A model generated the notes under the pieces. The model ran no database searches, was not told the origin of the DNA, and was given only the letters and a program-made list of their open reading frames with translations. Source: Leucoraja ocellata (Eukaryota). Taken from it: a stretch of DNA of 64,000 bases. The stretch spans positions 558,001 to 622,000 of the forward strand of contig JAWMAR010000201.1 in assembly GCA_036785375.1 (NCBI GenBank). The letters run 5' to 3'. The position numbers and the translations under genes were made by a program. This document shows, piece after piece, positions 24,415 through 37,029 of the stretch (its first letter is position 1; each line of letters opens with the position of its first letter).

Positions 24415-24938
24415 GAAGGATCGTTAAACAACGGTGGCCTGAAGGGCCTGTTTTTGGCCACTGTCTCTCTAGCTGATGTGATTGCACTGAAGAGGGTGTA
24501 GAGCAGATTCACCGGGATGTTGCCTGTGATGGAACCTTTCAGTTGCGAGGTGAGGCGGTTTGTTTTCACTGGAGGAGGCTGAGGGGGGGACCCTGAGAGA
24601 GGGCTGAACAACGATGAGGGCCACTGACAAGGTGGATTGTGAGAGACGTTTCTGCATGGCAGAGGTGTCAAAAACTAAAGGTCGTAAGTTGAGAAAAAGA
24701 AATTTAGAGGGGATTTCACTGGAGGTTTTTCACCTGGAGTGTGGTTGGAATCTGGAACTCGCTAGGAAAAGGTGGTGGAGGCAGAGATTCTCCCAACATT
24801 TTGCTATCTAGACAATCATTTGAATCACCAAAGAATAAAGGGCCGTGGACCTAAGTGCTGGTAAATGGCACTAGTATAGATCGGTATTTGATGATCAGCC
24901 TGGACATGGTGGGCGAAGGCCTGTTTCTAACCTGTTTT

Positions 24939-25515
24939 AACCCCTTTCTCACGGGGCGACTGACGCAAGAGTTAACCAGAGTTGAACATCGTGGGAACCT
25001 CTTGCGATAACCGTACGCATTCGTGGACCACCGTGGACCACCGTGGCGCTAACGGCAGGTACTCGTGTAACTTGGTGACTCGGGAGAAAATTCAAACAAG
25101 CTTGAATTTCTCCAAGAGTGACTTGTACACTTGTGGTTGAACATTGCAACATTATATGCACATAGTGGCCAGTGCGGTATCCGTACTGACTCTTGCGTCT
25201 ACCGTGGGAACTCCTGCGAACGGTGAACCAGGAAGCTGGACAGAGGGGACAGAAGGTGAGCAAAAATTGTCTTCTGTGGGATTGAATTTAAAAAATAAAG
25301 ATTTGCATCCGCATATGGACATCAACTTATTCATGAGTTATGTTAATGAGATTCAAGAAAATAACTATAATCTTTAAAAGGGACTTTACTGAAAGGTCCC
25401 GCATTTTTATGGTCCGTGAGAAATTTACTCTTTAGTAAAGACTCTTTACTCTGAAACACACGTTGGAATTTAAACTTGGGCCCAACTAATATCGTCTTAC
25501 TACCGTGGGAACTCT
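24939..25515. mobile_element. Partial non-autonomous DNA transposon (no right terminus seen)
   Basis: Begins aacccctttctcacgggg, resembling the MITE termini at 24214 and 27013. CpG-rich internal repeats (accgtggga) and an abrupt end near 25515. Confidence 0.45.
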
Positions 25516-25632
25516 TTAACTCAGCGGGCAGGCAACAGTTGATTGTTGCTCCCTTCAGTTTCCCAGGGGTCGGACGGGACTGGGAGTTGGGAGGGAAAGG
25601 TGGGGGAGTCGAGGGAGAGGAGGGGGAGACAG

Positions 25633-25684
25633 ATGGGGGTGTCTTCATTTACTGGCGGCGGGTGTCTGTCACTGAAACGGGCAG
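25633..25684 (+). CDS. FCER1G: Candidate FCER1G exon 1 (leader peptide)
   Basis: ATG...CTG TCA CTG AAA CGG GCA G|gtgaga, 52 nt ending in phase 1 as exon 2 requires. The peptide MGVSSFTGGGCLSLKRA is poorly hydrophobic, and the exon lies beside the assembly gap. Confidence 0.5.
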
Positions 25685-25868
25685 GTGAGATTTCACATCC
25701 ACCTTGTGTATGCCTCTCTCTATCTCTCCCCTCCCTCCCTCTCACACAGGCTGAGCGATTCTTGCCTCTGAGTGTACGTCTCTTTCTCCCCTCTCCCACA
25801 CACAGTAAGACCGAGGTACTGTGCTCAGTCCATCTGTGTCTCCCACATACACAGTAAAGCTCTGCTTT

Positions 25869-26068
25869 NNNNNNNNNNNNNNNNNNNNNNNNNNNNNNNN
25901 NNNNNNNNNNNNNNNNNNNNNNNNNNNNNNNNNNNNNNNNNNNNNNNNNNNNNNNNNNNNNNNNNNNNNNNNNNNNNNNNNNNNNNNNNNNNNNNNNNNN
26001 NNNNNNNNNNNNNNNNNNNNNNNNNNNNNNNNNNNNNNNNNNNNNNNNNNNNNNNNNNNNNNNNNNNN
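25869..26068. other. Assembly gap (200 N)
   Basis: Run of N. Confidence 1.
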
Positions 26069-27012
26069 TAATCCCTTCCCCACCTCTGGCCCCTACACCC
26101 CTTCCTGTTTCTGTGAGCCTCTCTACCCTTCTGCCCTCTCTACCCATCACCCCTTCCAGCCGCTGCATCTGTACTGGTTAGGTTGCAGGCAGGGTGGTTT
26201 GTGTTCATCACTCTCTGACTATTGTACAGGGACTGGGTTGAGGGCGATATTTGTACCGAGCACTGGTGAGGATAATGAAATTGGGAGAGGCTGCTCCTGG
26301 AATTGAGTGAATTGTTGTCATATTTTGGGGGTGTGTACATGGTGTGCCTGAGGGTTTTGCTGCTACACCTGCCTTGACAGGGAATAGTTGGTGGGATGGG
26401 AGAGTCTAGCAATTGCCAAACGGTGACTGAATTCTCCCTGTGCTGTTTCTGTCGAGACATGGTGATCAAAAGCCCTGATTAAAATGGCCGTCTGATCTTA
26501 TTTTGGTTTCAGTCTCTCTTCCTGTTGCAAAATGGGGGAGAGATGGTGATAGCGAGCGTGTGTGAAAGATGGGCCTGGCCACTCTCATACCCGAGCTGGC
26601 CCAGCCTCCAGAAGCTGCATGGTCTGGGCCCTAGTTACTGTTGGGGCAACGTTCCCCAAGGCCATGAGCTGGGAGAGGGGCCCATCTCATTATATAGAGA
26701 CTGACACTGTGCAAGTGTCACCAATTCCTGACACAACTGAAGCACAATTGCAAGGCTTTAATATTCAGTTGCCCCAGGACAGTTGTTTGAGTCCCCAAAT
26801 CCCATCAGGGAAGGAATTCCATGAATTCCCCACTCTGGGTGAAAACATTTCTCCCATCTCTACCCCTCACTCTGAGGTGTCTCTAGACACCCCAGCCAAG
26901 GCACAGCCATCCTCACATCTGCCCCATCGAGTCGTTGATTCAAACCCTCTTACAGTGAAGGCCCAACGGACAGTCTCCCTCCTGACAGCACACGCTGCCA
27001 CACAGGTGAGTA

Positions 27013-27240
27013 ATGCCCCTGTCCCACTTAGGAAACCTGAACGGAAACCTCTGGAGACTTTGCGCCCTACCCAAGGTTTCCTTGTGGTTCACGGAGGTTG
27101 CAGGTGGTTGCCGGAGGTTGCAGTTTGTGGAAACCGGTAGGGAGACTGACAAAAACCTCCAGGAACCGCACAGAAACCTTGGGTGGGGCGCAAAGTCTCC
27201 AGAGGTTTCCGTTCAGGTTTCCTAAGTGGGACAGGGGCAT
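27013..27240. mobile_element. Palindromic MITE flanked by TA
   Basis: TA|ATGCCCCTGTCCCACTTAGGAAACCTGAACGGAAACCTCTGGAGACTTTGCGCCC at the left and its reverse complement ending GGGGCAT|TA at the right. Confidence 0.85.
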
Positions 27241-27289
27241 TAGGCAACGCAGAGCCTTTACCACCTCAGGCAGCTGAGCAAATTCAGAG

Positions 27290-27815
27290 ACTCTCTGAGG
27301 ATCCTTCAGTGCTTCTACACTGGGGCTGTAGAAAGCATCTTGTCCGGCAACATCTCAAGCTGGTTTGGGAACAGCTCTGCCCAGGACAGGAAGGCTTTAC
27401 AGAGAGTAATGCCAAATGCACCATGGGAACTACACTCACCCCCCCCCCCCTGCAGGACCTATAAACCAGGAGGTGCAGATCCAGAGCCAGCAACATTATG
27501 GGGGACCCCTACCACGCAGCAACGGGACTGTTCCAGCTGCTACAGTCAGGCAAAGACCTCCGCTGTCATGCTGTGAAAACAGAGAGGATGTCGGAGTTTC
27601 TTCCCACAGGCCATCAGGACTGTAAACTTATCTCACCAGGGACTAATTTACTAATTTACGTGTTGTGTCTCTTGAAAAAAAAAATTCTAACATGTAAATA
27701 TTGATTCTGTTCTACTCTTGTTCTATAGTTTTTTTTGCACAATCCGCAGGAATTGACACTTTCATTTCACTGCACACCTTGTATGTGTATGTGAGAAATA
27801 AAGTTGACTTGACTT
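27290..27815 (+). mobile_element. Rex1/Babar-type LINE 3' fragment
   Basis: SWFGNSSAQDRKALQRV and FQLLQSGK remnants, with the tail aataaagttgacttgacttga. Confidence 0.65.
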
Positions 27816-29479
27816 GAAGTGGGTGACCTGCCATTTTCCCGTATTGTACTCCATCTGCCATGTCCTTGCCCATTCACATGGACTGTCTATATCGTCACAG
27901 AACCTCCTCCATCCTTCCATCACCGATCCTACCCACCATCCAGGGTACTGACGTCTCTCAACCTAGTCTTTAGAACCTGTGGATGTAACCCAAGCTCCCT
28001 TTACAGTGCTCGCTGTTCATTGCCTATTCCCTGTCTGGTTTCACCTCCCCAGATGCATCAGCTCACACTGAACCTCAAAATAATGGAGGGTACGAGTCAC
28101 TGTCTCCCTCAGGGGAGTGTCCTGGGCCCAACTATTTTCAGCTGCATCATCAATGCCTTTCCGTCCCAAGGCCCAAGGTCAGAAGTGAGGATGGTCATTG
28201 ATTGCACAATGTTCCGTCCCATTCACAACTCCTCAGCTAGTGAACAGCCCGTGTCTGCATGCAGCAGGAGCCAGACAATTGTGTCCAGGCCTAGAATCCT
28301 AACTTTAGGAAAGATGCAAGAGTTCCAGAAAGGATGGGCAAGGGATTTCCCAACACGGTTCCACAGATGAGCGAGTTTTAGTTGTGGCAGAGAGGAGGGG
28401 AAGATGGGAGTTGATCAGTATTGGAGAGGGGATGGGTGCAGGGTCTTGTGGAGAGGAGGGGCTGAGCGGAGAGCGTGGGAGCATGGGACAGGGATAGGCT
28501 CCTGGAAAGGACCAGCACAAACTCAGTGGGCTGAATGGCTGCCTTTCTGCTGGGCGAGTAGAAGGGGAAGGTGACCATATGATGTTCACAACTTCAGTGG
28601 TTGGGAAATTATTACTACCTAAACATTTTGTGAAAACACAGTTTTAAATAGCTCTGGTTATCTGATCGACAAAGTACAGGGCGAGAGTAAGCTAGTGATC
28701 ACAATCATGCCCCCTTCCTCTGACCTTGCATCGGAGCACAAGTGAGGTATGTTATCTCTGCAGTCTCAAACTGCTCTGCTGGTAACAATGACCCGAACAG
28801 TGGACAAGTACACCACTCACACACTACTAGGACACTGGTGAGACACAGGTCGAAGCTGCCTCATACTGACTGAAAAGGCAGGGACAGAGAATTCTGGATC
28901 AGATACATGCCTGTACGCTGTACTATTGTACTGTGGAGTGTGTCAGAATTCACTGTAAACGGTGTGGTTCTATTACCATGGTCTGGGTGGGTACCTGCGG
29001 GACATTTTGTAGATGGTGCAGACACTGCACCAATGGTGGAAGGAGGGATGTTAGGGCAGAGGGAGGAAATGTTTTGGAAGGGTGATGGAGAGATGCTTTG
29101 TCCTGGATGGTGTCAATCTTCTTGAGTTGATAGAAGTGCACTCACCCAGGCAAGTGGAAAATGTTCTCACTCACCTTGAAAAACACCAAATTTTAGGTGT
29201 AAACCCAAAATAAAAAATGGAAGCGTATCCATGCAGCTAACGGGAAAGAGAGTGAGGGAAAGGTCACGTTTAAACTAACAGGGCGGGGGGGGGGGGGGGG
29301 GGGGGGGGGGGAGGGGGGGATGGGACCAAATGCAAGGAGACGGAGGGCCATAAAAGGAGGACGGATGCAAAAGGTAGAAGGGAGATAAGAAAAACGAACC
29401 TGGAAGCTTTATGCCTTAATGTGAGAAGCATTCAAAATAAGGTGGATGAGTTTAATGCAGTTAATAGTTGAGGGGATAT

Positions 29480-32400
29480 TGTAATGGCAACTTTCCCACT
29501 CTTCCAGTGTCCAACTTTCCGTTGCCATTACTACACAGGTAAGTAGGAGTAATCTTACGCAGACCAAATAGAACAGATTTTCCAGTTGTTATTTTCAGTT
29601 CCATAATAGGTTCTTTATTGAAGTAGTTGTACAAACAAAGAGATGAAACCTACCAGATTTTCCTTATACTGCATACAAGTTGTAGCTTGCTGTTCTTCCC
29701 AGTCTGGCGAAAACCGTATGCTCTCCACCTCTGTGCCTGGTCTGCCCCTCTCTGTCCACAATGCCCTCTGTGCATCTAATGACCGACCCCCAAGTGTCCA
29801 AAATAATACTGCAAAATATATCTGGACAAAATAATATATGCCGACAGTAGCTAACCTAAACATAAATTGCTCCTACACACCTAATTGTCTTGCGTATATA
29901 ACAAAGCAATTACCAATAAACATTATATGGAATTATAAAAACTTTACACATATACAACAAAAAGGTATGTACTATGTGTTGCCATCTAACCTTTAGTGAT
30001 TCATCAATCTTCTCTTCCTTCTTCACATCGTTTAGCATGACTCGTAGCAGTCTGAATCTCCTTTCCCTTTCAAGCCAACTGCAAGTGTTCTCCTTACTTT
30101 AAGAAGCCAAGCTATAGCAGTCTTCAGACTCCTCCATGGTGAGAAATAGGTGATCAGAGAATTTGTGGGGTTCATTGGATCCTTAACAATGATGTTCATT
30201 GTGATGTCTTGTTTGATTTCTGGATCATTAGCAGAGATTTCAGATTCCAAGTGAAGCTTTGGCCATTCTCTGTCTGGCTTACAGAGAAATTGGTCCATTA
30301 ATCTATTTCTTACAGCTTAAGAAGCCGTCTGCTGTTAGTCCTCTGGAGTCTTCATCTGCAGGATTTTCCTTTATGTGAACATATCTTCATCAGTAGCATC
30401 CCTTACAAAAGAGATCTTGTTAGCTACAAATGTTTGGAAGCGTTTGATTTTGTTGTTGATGTACTTAAGCACCGCTGTGCTATCGATCCAGAAGATGGAT
30501 TTGTCCAGTTGAAGTTGTAATTCCTTTCGCAGCATTGTCAACTCTGACAGTTAGGACTGCAGCTGGAAGCTCCATTCTGAGAATCATCATTTGTTTTAAT
30601 GGTGCCACTGGCTTTTTCCATTATGAATGCAACATGCACTTTTTTGCTATCAACTTCCAGTCTTGGGTATGAAACAGTAATGTAGCCACTTTCACTGGCA
30701 TCTGAAAAGTGGTGCTGCTGTGCATATCCGATTTGACCAAGGCTTGCTGGCTTCATGCACCGGTCCACTGGTACCATTTCAGCATAACCATTGTCAATCA
30801 TTTCTGTGAGGAAAGATGTATATTCATCATGAAATTTCTTATTTTTGCCAAACCTGCTGGCAAAAACAGGAAAGAAATGGTGGCCGATTAGGAAAAGGGG
30901 AGATGCAACGAGACCTGGGTGTCATGGTACACAAGTCATTGAAAGTAGGCATGCAGGTGCAGCAGGCAGTGAAGAAAGCAAATGGTATGTTAGCATTCAG
31001 AGCAAAAGGATTTGAGTATAGGAGCAGGGAGGTTCTACTGCAGTTGTACAGGGTCTTGGTGAGACAACACCTGGAGTATTGCGTACAGTTTTGGTCTCCA
31101 AATCTGAGGAAGGACATTATTGCCATAGAGGGAGTGCAGAGAAGGTTCACCAGACTGGTTCCTGGGAAGTCAGGACTTTCATATGAAGAAAGACTGGATA
31201 GACTCGGCTTGTACTCGCTAGAATTTAGGAGATTGAGGGGGGATCTTATAGAAACTTACAAAATTCTTAAGGGGTTGGACAGGCTAGATGCAGGAAGATT
31301 GTTCCCGATGTTGGGGAAGTCCAGGACAAGGGGTCACAGCTTCAGGATAAAGGGGAAATCCTTTAGGACAGAGATGAGAAAAACATTTTTCACACAGTGG
31401 TGAATCTCTGGAACTCTCTGCCACAGAAGGTAGTTGATGCCAGTCCATTGACTATATTTAAGAGCGAGTTAGATGTGGCCCTTGTGGCTAAAGGGATCAG
31501 GGGGTATGGAGGGAAGGCAGGTACGGGATACTGAGTTGGATGATCAGCCATGATCATATTGAATGGCGGTGCAGGCTCGAAGGGCCGAATGGCCTAATCC
31601 TGCACCTATTTTCTATGTTTCTGTGTTTCTAATCTGCGTTTCAGGCTCTGGATGAGCTGCTCTGCAATACAATAGTTATTTAGCATGCTGACTTGTTTGA
31701 AAGGTAAGTCTAGACAATTCATCTATCATCATTGATGAGAGGTTCGTAATATCCAAGGACTTTACATTTTCTCTGGATATTTCTTGCTTGCTGGTTCTTT
31801 CACTGAAGTCATGATTATATTGCTTGACAAGTAGCACCTCTAGCTTTACAATGGATACTCGATTGACAGCAGCAGCAGCGCAGCCATTTTCATCCCTGCT
31901 TTTGTTGTCTCTTCTCAGGGGACCATAGATGACCCACCCCAGTGGGGTCTTCACGGCGCATGGTCCATCCTCTTAGCTGTTGGCCAGCTCCCAAGGTTCC
32001 AATACTTTTTAAGCATTTGTCCCTATGAGTCTATTTGAGGAATCTTGATATCCTTCTTCCTGTCTGGGAATGTTCAGCTGAGAAACAGGCAAGGTCTTGT
32101 GTGTGAACACACCAGATAGTTGAATGACATTGTCTTTGTCCAGACTAGATATTTCCAAACCTGAGATATGGTGACTGATCACAGGCTTCACCTGGTTCAT
32201 GGTACGCCAGAGAATACTAGTCTTTTGTCCTGTAATTTTCTGCCTTCCCATCAAGCTTTCTGTGCAAAAGCTCGATTAGCTTCTACTATCCAAAAATGTT
32301 GGCCACTCAAAGAGGGGTCTTTTGCATACCCTCTTGTGTACTGCTCTAGAAATTGCAACCAACCACTCTTATCATTAGTTTTGCTTTCCACTACTCTCTC

Positions 32401-34264
32401 AAATGCCCCGATGTAAACTTCATACTGCAAAGGATCACCATCATAAACAGGAGTGTCTCTAAAGTAGAAGAGAGATTTTGTTGAGCCAGAAGAGCAGTGA
32501 TGTCTGTACATTTTGCCCATGAAGAGAATATTGAGTTAGATGGGTCTTACCGTGAGCTCTAACAGATGCTCCACGAGTTGTTTGTTTTGGTCTAACAACC
32601 AGTTGCTGGGAGGAGGATTCAGTTCCCATCAACACATTTTGACGTTGTTGCAATTGATCAGATAAGTATTCATTTGCATGTGGATTTAATTTAGCTGATG
32701 CATCACTTTGAGCAGTTCCTTTTTTTCAAGTAAGAGTTCATCCCATCAGATACTGGAGCTGTTTCTTGATCCCTTGGCAAAAAGTATATTGATCCTTGCA
32801 TTGGCTGCTGCCAGCTCTGTCTCTAGTTCCAACTGTCCCATCTCTCTTTTCAACTGTTCCTCTTGTGCCTCAAACTTGTGCTTTTTTCTCCCATGGCAGC
32901 AGCCCAGTCCAAGAGAGCAGCCCCTGTCTGCCTGAGCGTCAATAAGAGCAGAGGCCATTGAAGATGCTCATGATTTGTGGCATAATTTGGGCTTTGAGAC
33001 ACTGTCATCGGGTCCAATTTCATCTGAGTTTACAACACTCTGTTGCATGGCACTTTCAGCAATGGTGTGTTTAGCTTGCTGTCCAATATCAGATAACCAC
33101 ACCCTTACATCTTGTATAAAGTCATTAAAAAAATCCATTCTCAGTTCAAACCACTGATTTTACCTTTCAGGCTCCTTTTCAGGCAATGGTTCATTCCCAA
33201 TAACTGATGGTTTTCACTGACCATAGAGCTTGAGTAATTGAACCAGGTTAGATTGTACTTCATTTTCATTCTCCTTTGATTTCATGAGCTCGTTCAACTT
33301 TTCAATTAACTTGTTAGCTTGTTTACACATCGAGTATCTGGTCTCCAGACACTTTTCCACGAACAAGTCTCAGCCTTTGTCATTGTGTTTAATAACTCTT
33401 CTTTCCTTTTCAGAATCCTTTCCAACATCGCCATCTTGTAACTGAGCTTTAGACATACTTGTCCACTATCCCTTTAAGTCTCCTTGATGTGAAAGCCGTA
33501 TGGCTGCGGCTGGTATTTCAAACGGCTGATATCGCTCTGATTCTCAAGGTCACTTCTCAATTCTCCATTTTAGTAACCGGTTTCCAATACACCTTGATGC
33601 TGTACGTGCTCCTTCTCCCTGCGCGTCGGCTTTTGAGGTTTCCAATCTCCGTTAGTCAGATTAGCGAAGGTGGCGACCGTGACCAGTTGATCGGGAATGG
33701 CGGCGTCAGGCTGGTGAAGTAAAACAATCCTTGTTCCCAGGTTTTCACTTGATCCAGTTTCACGGAGCTAGTTTTTCGCTTACATGTAATGGCAACTTTC
33801 CCACTCTTCCAGTGTCCAACTTCCCCGTTGCCATTACAAACACAGGTAAGTAGGATTGATCTTATGCAGACCAAATAGAACAGATTTTCCAGTCATTATT
33901 TATTGGTTCTTTATTGAAGTAGTTGTACAAACAAAGAGGTGAATGTACCAGGTTTTCCTTATTCAGCATACAAGTTGTAGCTTGCTGTTCTTCCCGGTCT
34001 GGTGAAAACTGTATGCTCTCCACCCCTGTGCCTGTTCTGCCCCTCCCTGTCCACAATGCCCTCTGTGCATTAATAACCCCCCCCCCCCCCCCCCCGCCCC
34101 GTGTCCAAAATAATACTGCAAAATATATATAGACAAAATAATATAATATGCCGACAGTAGCTAACCTAAACGTAAATTGTTCGTACACACCGGCCCCTGA
34201 TTGTCTTACGTATAAAATGAAACAATTACAAATAGACATTAAAAGGAGATATAAAAACTTTACA
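29480..34264 (-). mobile_element. Decayed BEL/Pao LTR retrotransposon with two LTRs, in FCER1G intron 1
   Basis: Direct repeats TGTAATGGCAACTTTCCC...AAAACTTTACA at 29480-29948 and 33785-34264. Minus-strand remnants: gag (YDGDPLQYEVYIGAFERVVESKT...LQFLEQYTRG), KTPLGWVIYGP, and RNase H region HHFSDASESGY. Confidence 0.88.
30877..31630 (+). mobile_element. Young CR1 3' fragment inserted in the BEL/Pao element
   Basis: Nearly identical to 5650-6396. Confidence 0.9.
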
Positions 34265-34434
34265 CTTCACCGACCAACGGTCTCTCCCAACTCCCAATGG
34301 GGCTGTTCCCAATGGACCGCTCCGCTGATGCCTGGCGTCAATTTGTACGCCACGAGACGGGAAGCTACCCGGTACCTCTCATTTGGATCCTACTGTGTTC
34401 GACATCCTCTGATCCTCACTCACCTCTTTCTCAG

Positions 34435-34529
34435 CAGCTGGACTACAGGAGCCCGGGATCTGTTACGTCCTGGACGCCGTTCTGTTCATCTATGGGACGG
34501 TGTTAACGGCTCTGTACTGCCGTCTGAAG
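34435..34529 (+). CDS. FCER1G: FCER1G exon 2 (short ectodomain and transmembrane helix)
   Basis: [32 protein letters not shown] compared with human [31 protein letters not shown]. The dimer Cys and TM Asp are conserved. Acceptor tctcag(cag), donor AAG|gtgagt. Confidence 0.95.
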
Positions 34530-35087
34530 GTGAGTGGACAGCTAGCGATGAGATAGAATCCGAGTCTCTGGAGCTGTAAGGCTGTAATGTTAATCCAGTC
34601 TCTCACACTGTCTCTCGGCCTCAACAACACCTCAACAACAGCGTCCTGTTGTAACACATCCACCCAGCTGTAAACACCAGTGGAGATATTGGTGTGGCAT
34701 TGATACGGAGCGAAGGGATGCGGGACAGTGTGAGGGACCTTGGTCAACGCTTGGAGATATAGTCAGTGACTCAGGGCGCTGGGGGAGAGGATTAACGGAA
34801 GGATAATGTGAGGATGTAGTAACATTAGTAAATATACAGTTAATGATACAGGGTGCTGGAGGGGAGGTGTCTAAGGGAGTGTGATGGAGGAGGATTCACA
34901 TCAGCGGAGATGGTCAGTCAGTGACGCGGGGCGCTGGGATAGGTATTGAATGAAAGAATTTGGATGGCTCTGTGGTTTGTACCGTTGTATCCAATGAGTA
35001 ACGGGTGTGGGGTGGACGGCGCTGCCATCTTGCAACAATTACCCACGCACTGAAGGCTAACGTAAACCTTTCTCAATCAATCGACAG

Positions 35088-35126
35088 ATCTTGAATCGAA
35101 AGAAGGAAAAGGCGGCGGCTTATGAG
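35088..35126 (+). CDS. FCER1G: FCER1G exon 3
   Basis: tcgacag|ILNRKKEKAAAYE|gtgagg, 39 nt, phase 0-0. Human equivalent is IQVRKAAITSYE. Confidence 0.85.
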
Positions 35127-35482
35127 GTGAGGCTAGAGCTTGGGCCGAGGAGAGGGGTGGGAGGGGGGGCTGTCATCTGGCTGGATTTAGGAACAGATCC
35201 CCCCCCCACCCAATCGCGGGCCTGACACCTCAACCAAAGGCGGGGGGGGGGGGGGGGGGTTAATGCCACAGACCGATGGGCAGAGGGAGAGGGTTAACTT
35301 GACGGGCGGGGAACGGGCCGCCTGCACTGACTTTAACCGGTATCTGTCCCTGGCAGCACCTGCAGATGGGAAACAAGGACATTTATGAGGAGATAAAGGG
35401 AGAAAAGCCGACTGGCGGCGGAGGAAAAAAGGTGAGTCCTGATCAAATGACGGGCGGCCGTACATGACGGGTCAGTGTACCG

Positions 35483-36830
35483 AGGAATTACAGACCAGTT
35501 AGTCTAACGTCGGCGGTGGGGAAACTGCTAGAATCAGTGATTAAAGATGAGATAGCAGCACATTTGGAAAGTGGTGAAATCAGTGGACAAAGTCAGCATG
35601 GATTTATGAAAGGTAAATCATGTCTGACGAATCTTATAGAATTTTTCGAGGATGTAACTAGTAGAGTGGATGAGGGAGAACCAGTTATATCTGGACTTTC
35701 AGAAGGCTTTCGACAAGGTCCTACATAAGAGATCAGTATACAAACTTAAAGCACACGGTATTGGGGGTATTGATGTGGATAGAGAACTGGCTGGCAAACA
35801 GGAAGCAAAGAGTAGGAGTAAACGGGTCCTTTTCACAATGGCAGGCAGTAACTAGTGGGGTACCGCAAGGCTCAGTGCTGGGACCCCAGCTATTTACGAT
35901 ATATATTAATGATTTGGACGAGGGAATTGAATGCAACATCTCCAAGTTTGCGGATGACCCGAAGCTGGGGGGGGGGGGAGTGTTAGCTGTGAGGAGATGC
36001 TAGGAGGCTGCAAGGTGACTTGGATAGGCTGGGTGAGTGGGCAAATGCATGACAGATGCAGTATAATGTGGATAAATGTGAGGTTATCCACTTTGGTGGC
36101 AAAAACAGGAAAGTAGACTATTATCTGAATGGTGGCCGATTAGGAAAAGGGGAGATGCAACGAGACCTGGGTGTCATAGTACACCAGTCATTAAAAGTAG
36201 GCATGCAGGTGCAGCAGACAGTGAAGAAAGCAAATGGTATGTTAGCATTCATAGCAAAAGGATTTGAGTATAGGAGCAGGGAGGTTCTACTGCAGTTGTA
36301 CAGGGCATTGGTGAGGTCACACCTGGAGTATTGCATACAGTTTTGGTCTCCTAATCTGAGGAAAGACATTCTTGCCATAGAGGGAGTGCAGAGAAGGTTC
36401 ACCAGACTGATTCCTGGGATGTCAGGACATTCATAGATTGAGGGGGGATCTTATAGAAACTTACAAAAATCTTAAGGGGTTGGACAGGCTAGATGCAGGA
36501 AGATTGTTCCCGATGTTGGGGAAGTCCAGACAAGGGGTCACAGTTGAAGGATAAGGGGGAAATCTTTTAGGACCGAGATGAGGAAAACATTTTTCACAGA
36601 GACTGGTGAATCTCTGGAATTCTCTGCCACAGAAGGTAGTTGAGGCCAGTTCATTGGCTATATTTAAGAGGGAGTTAGATGTGGCCCTTGTGGCTAAATG
36701 GATCAGGGGGTATGGAGAGAAGGCAGGTACAGGATACTGAGTTGGATGATCAGCCATGATCATATTGAATGGCGGTGCAGGCACGAAGGGCCGAATGGCC
36801 GACTCCTGCACCTATTTTCTATGTTTCTAT
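35483..36830 (+). mobile_element. Young CR1 3' fragment in FCER1G intron 3
   Basis: Near-identical to 4995-6396, with small indels. Confidence 0.9.
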
Positions 36831-36939
36831 GGGAGCTTCACCCTGTGTCTGGCCACGTGCCCTGCGAGTGTGTGGCAGATGGTGCGGTTGTTGCAATCAC
36901 TTATTTATTTATTTTTCTCACTTTCTTCTCTCCCCACAG

Positions 36940-36960
36940 CAAGAAGAGGGCATTTACACG
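36940..36960 (+). CDS. FCER1G: FCER1G exon 4 (first ITAM tyrosine)
   Basis: Long pyrimidine tract ccccacag|QEEGIYT|gtatga, 21 nt, like human KSDGVYT. Confidence 0.88.
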
Positions 36961-37029
36961 GTATGACCACGGTATTTTTTGCTCCGCGTATGTCTCTCGG
37001 TCAATCTCCCTCTCTCTACCTCCGCTAAC

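Noticed and set aside
25521-26306. Long ORFs containing X runs
   Set aside because: Artefacts of reading through the N gap.
26956-27005. Exon-like 50-nt segment (ttacag...CAG|gtgagt) in FCER1G intron 1
   Set aside because: Inclusion would shift the frame between phase-1 neighbours, and it resembles neither NDUFS2 nor FCER1G.
26562-27140. 192-aa ORF
   Set aside because: A patchwork of unique sequence, antisense CR1 remnant and MITE, with no domain.
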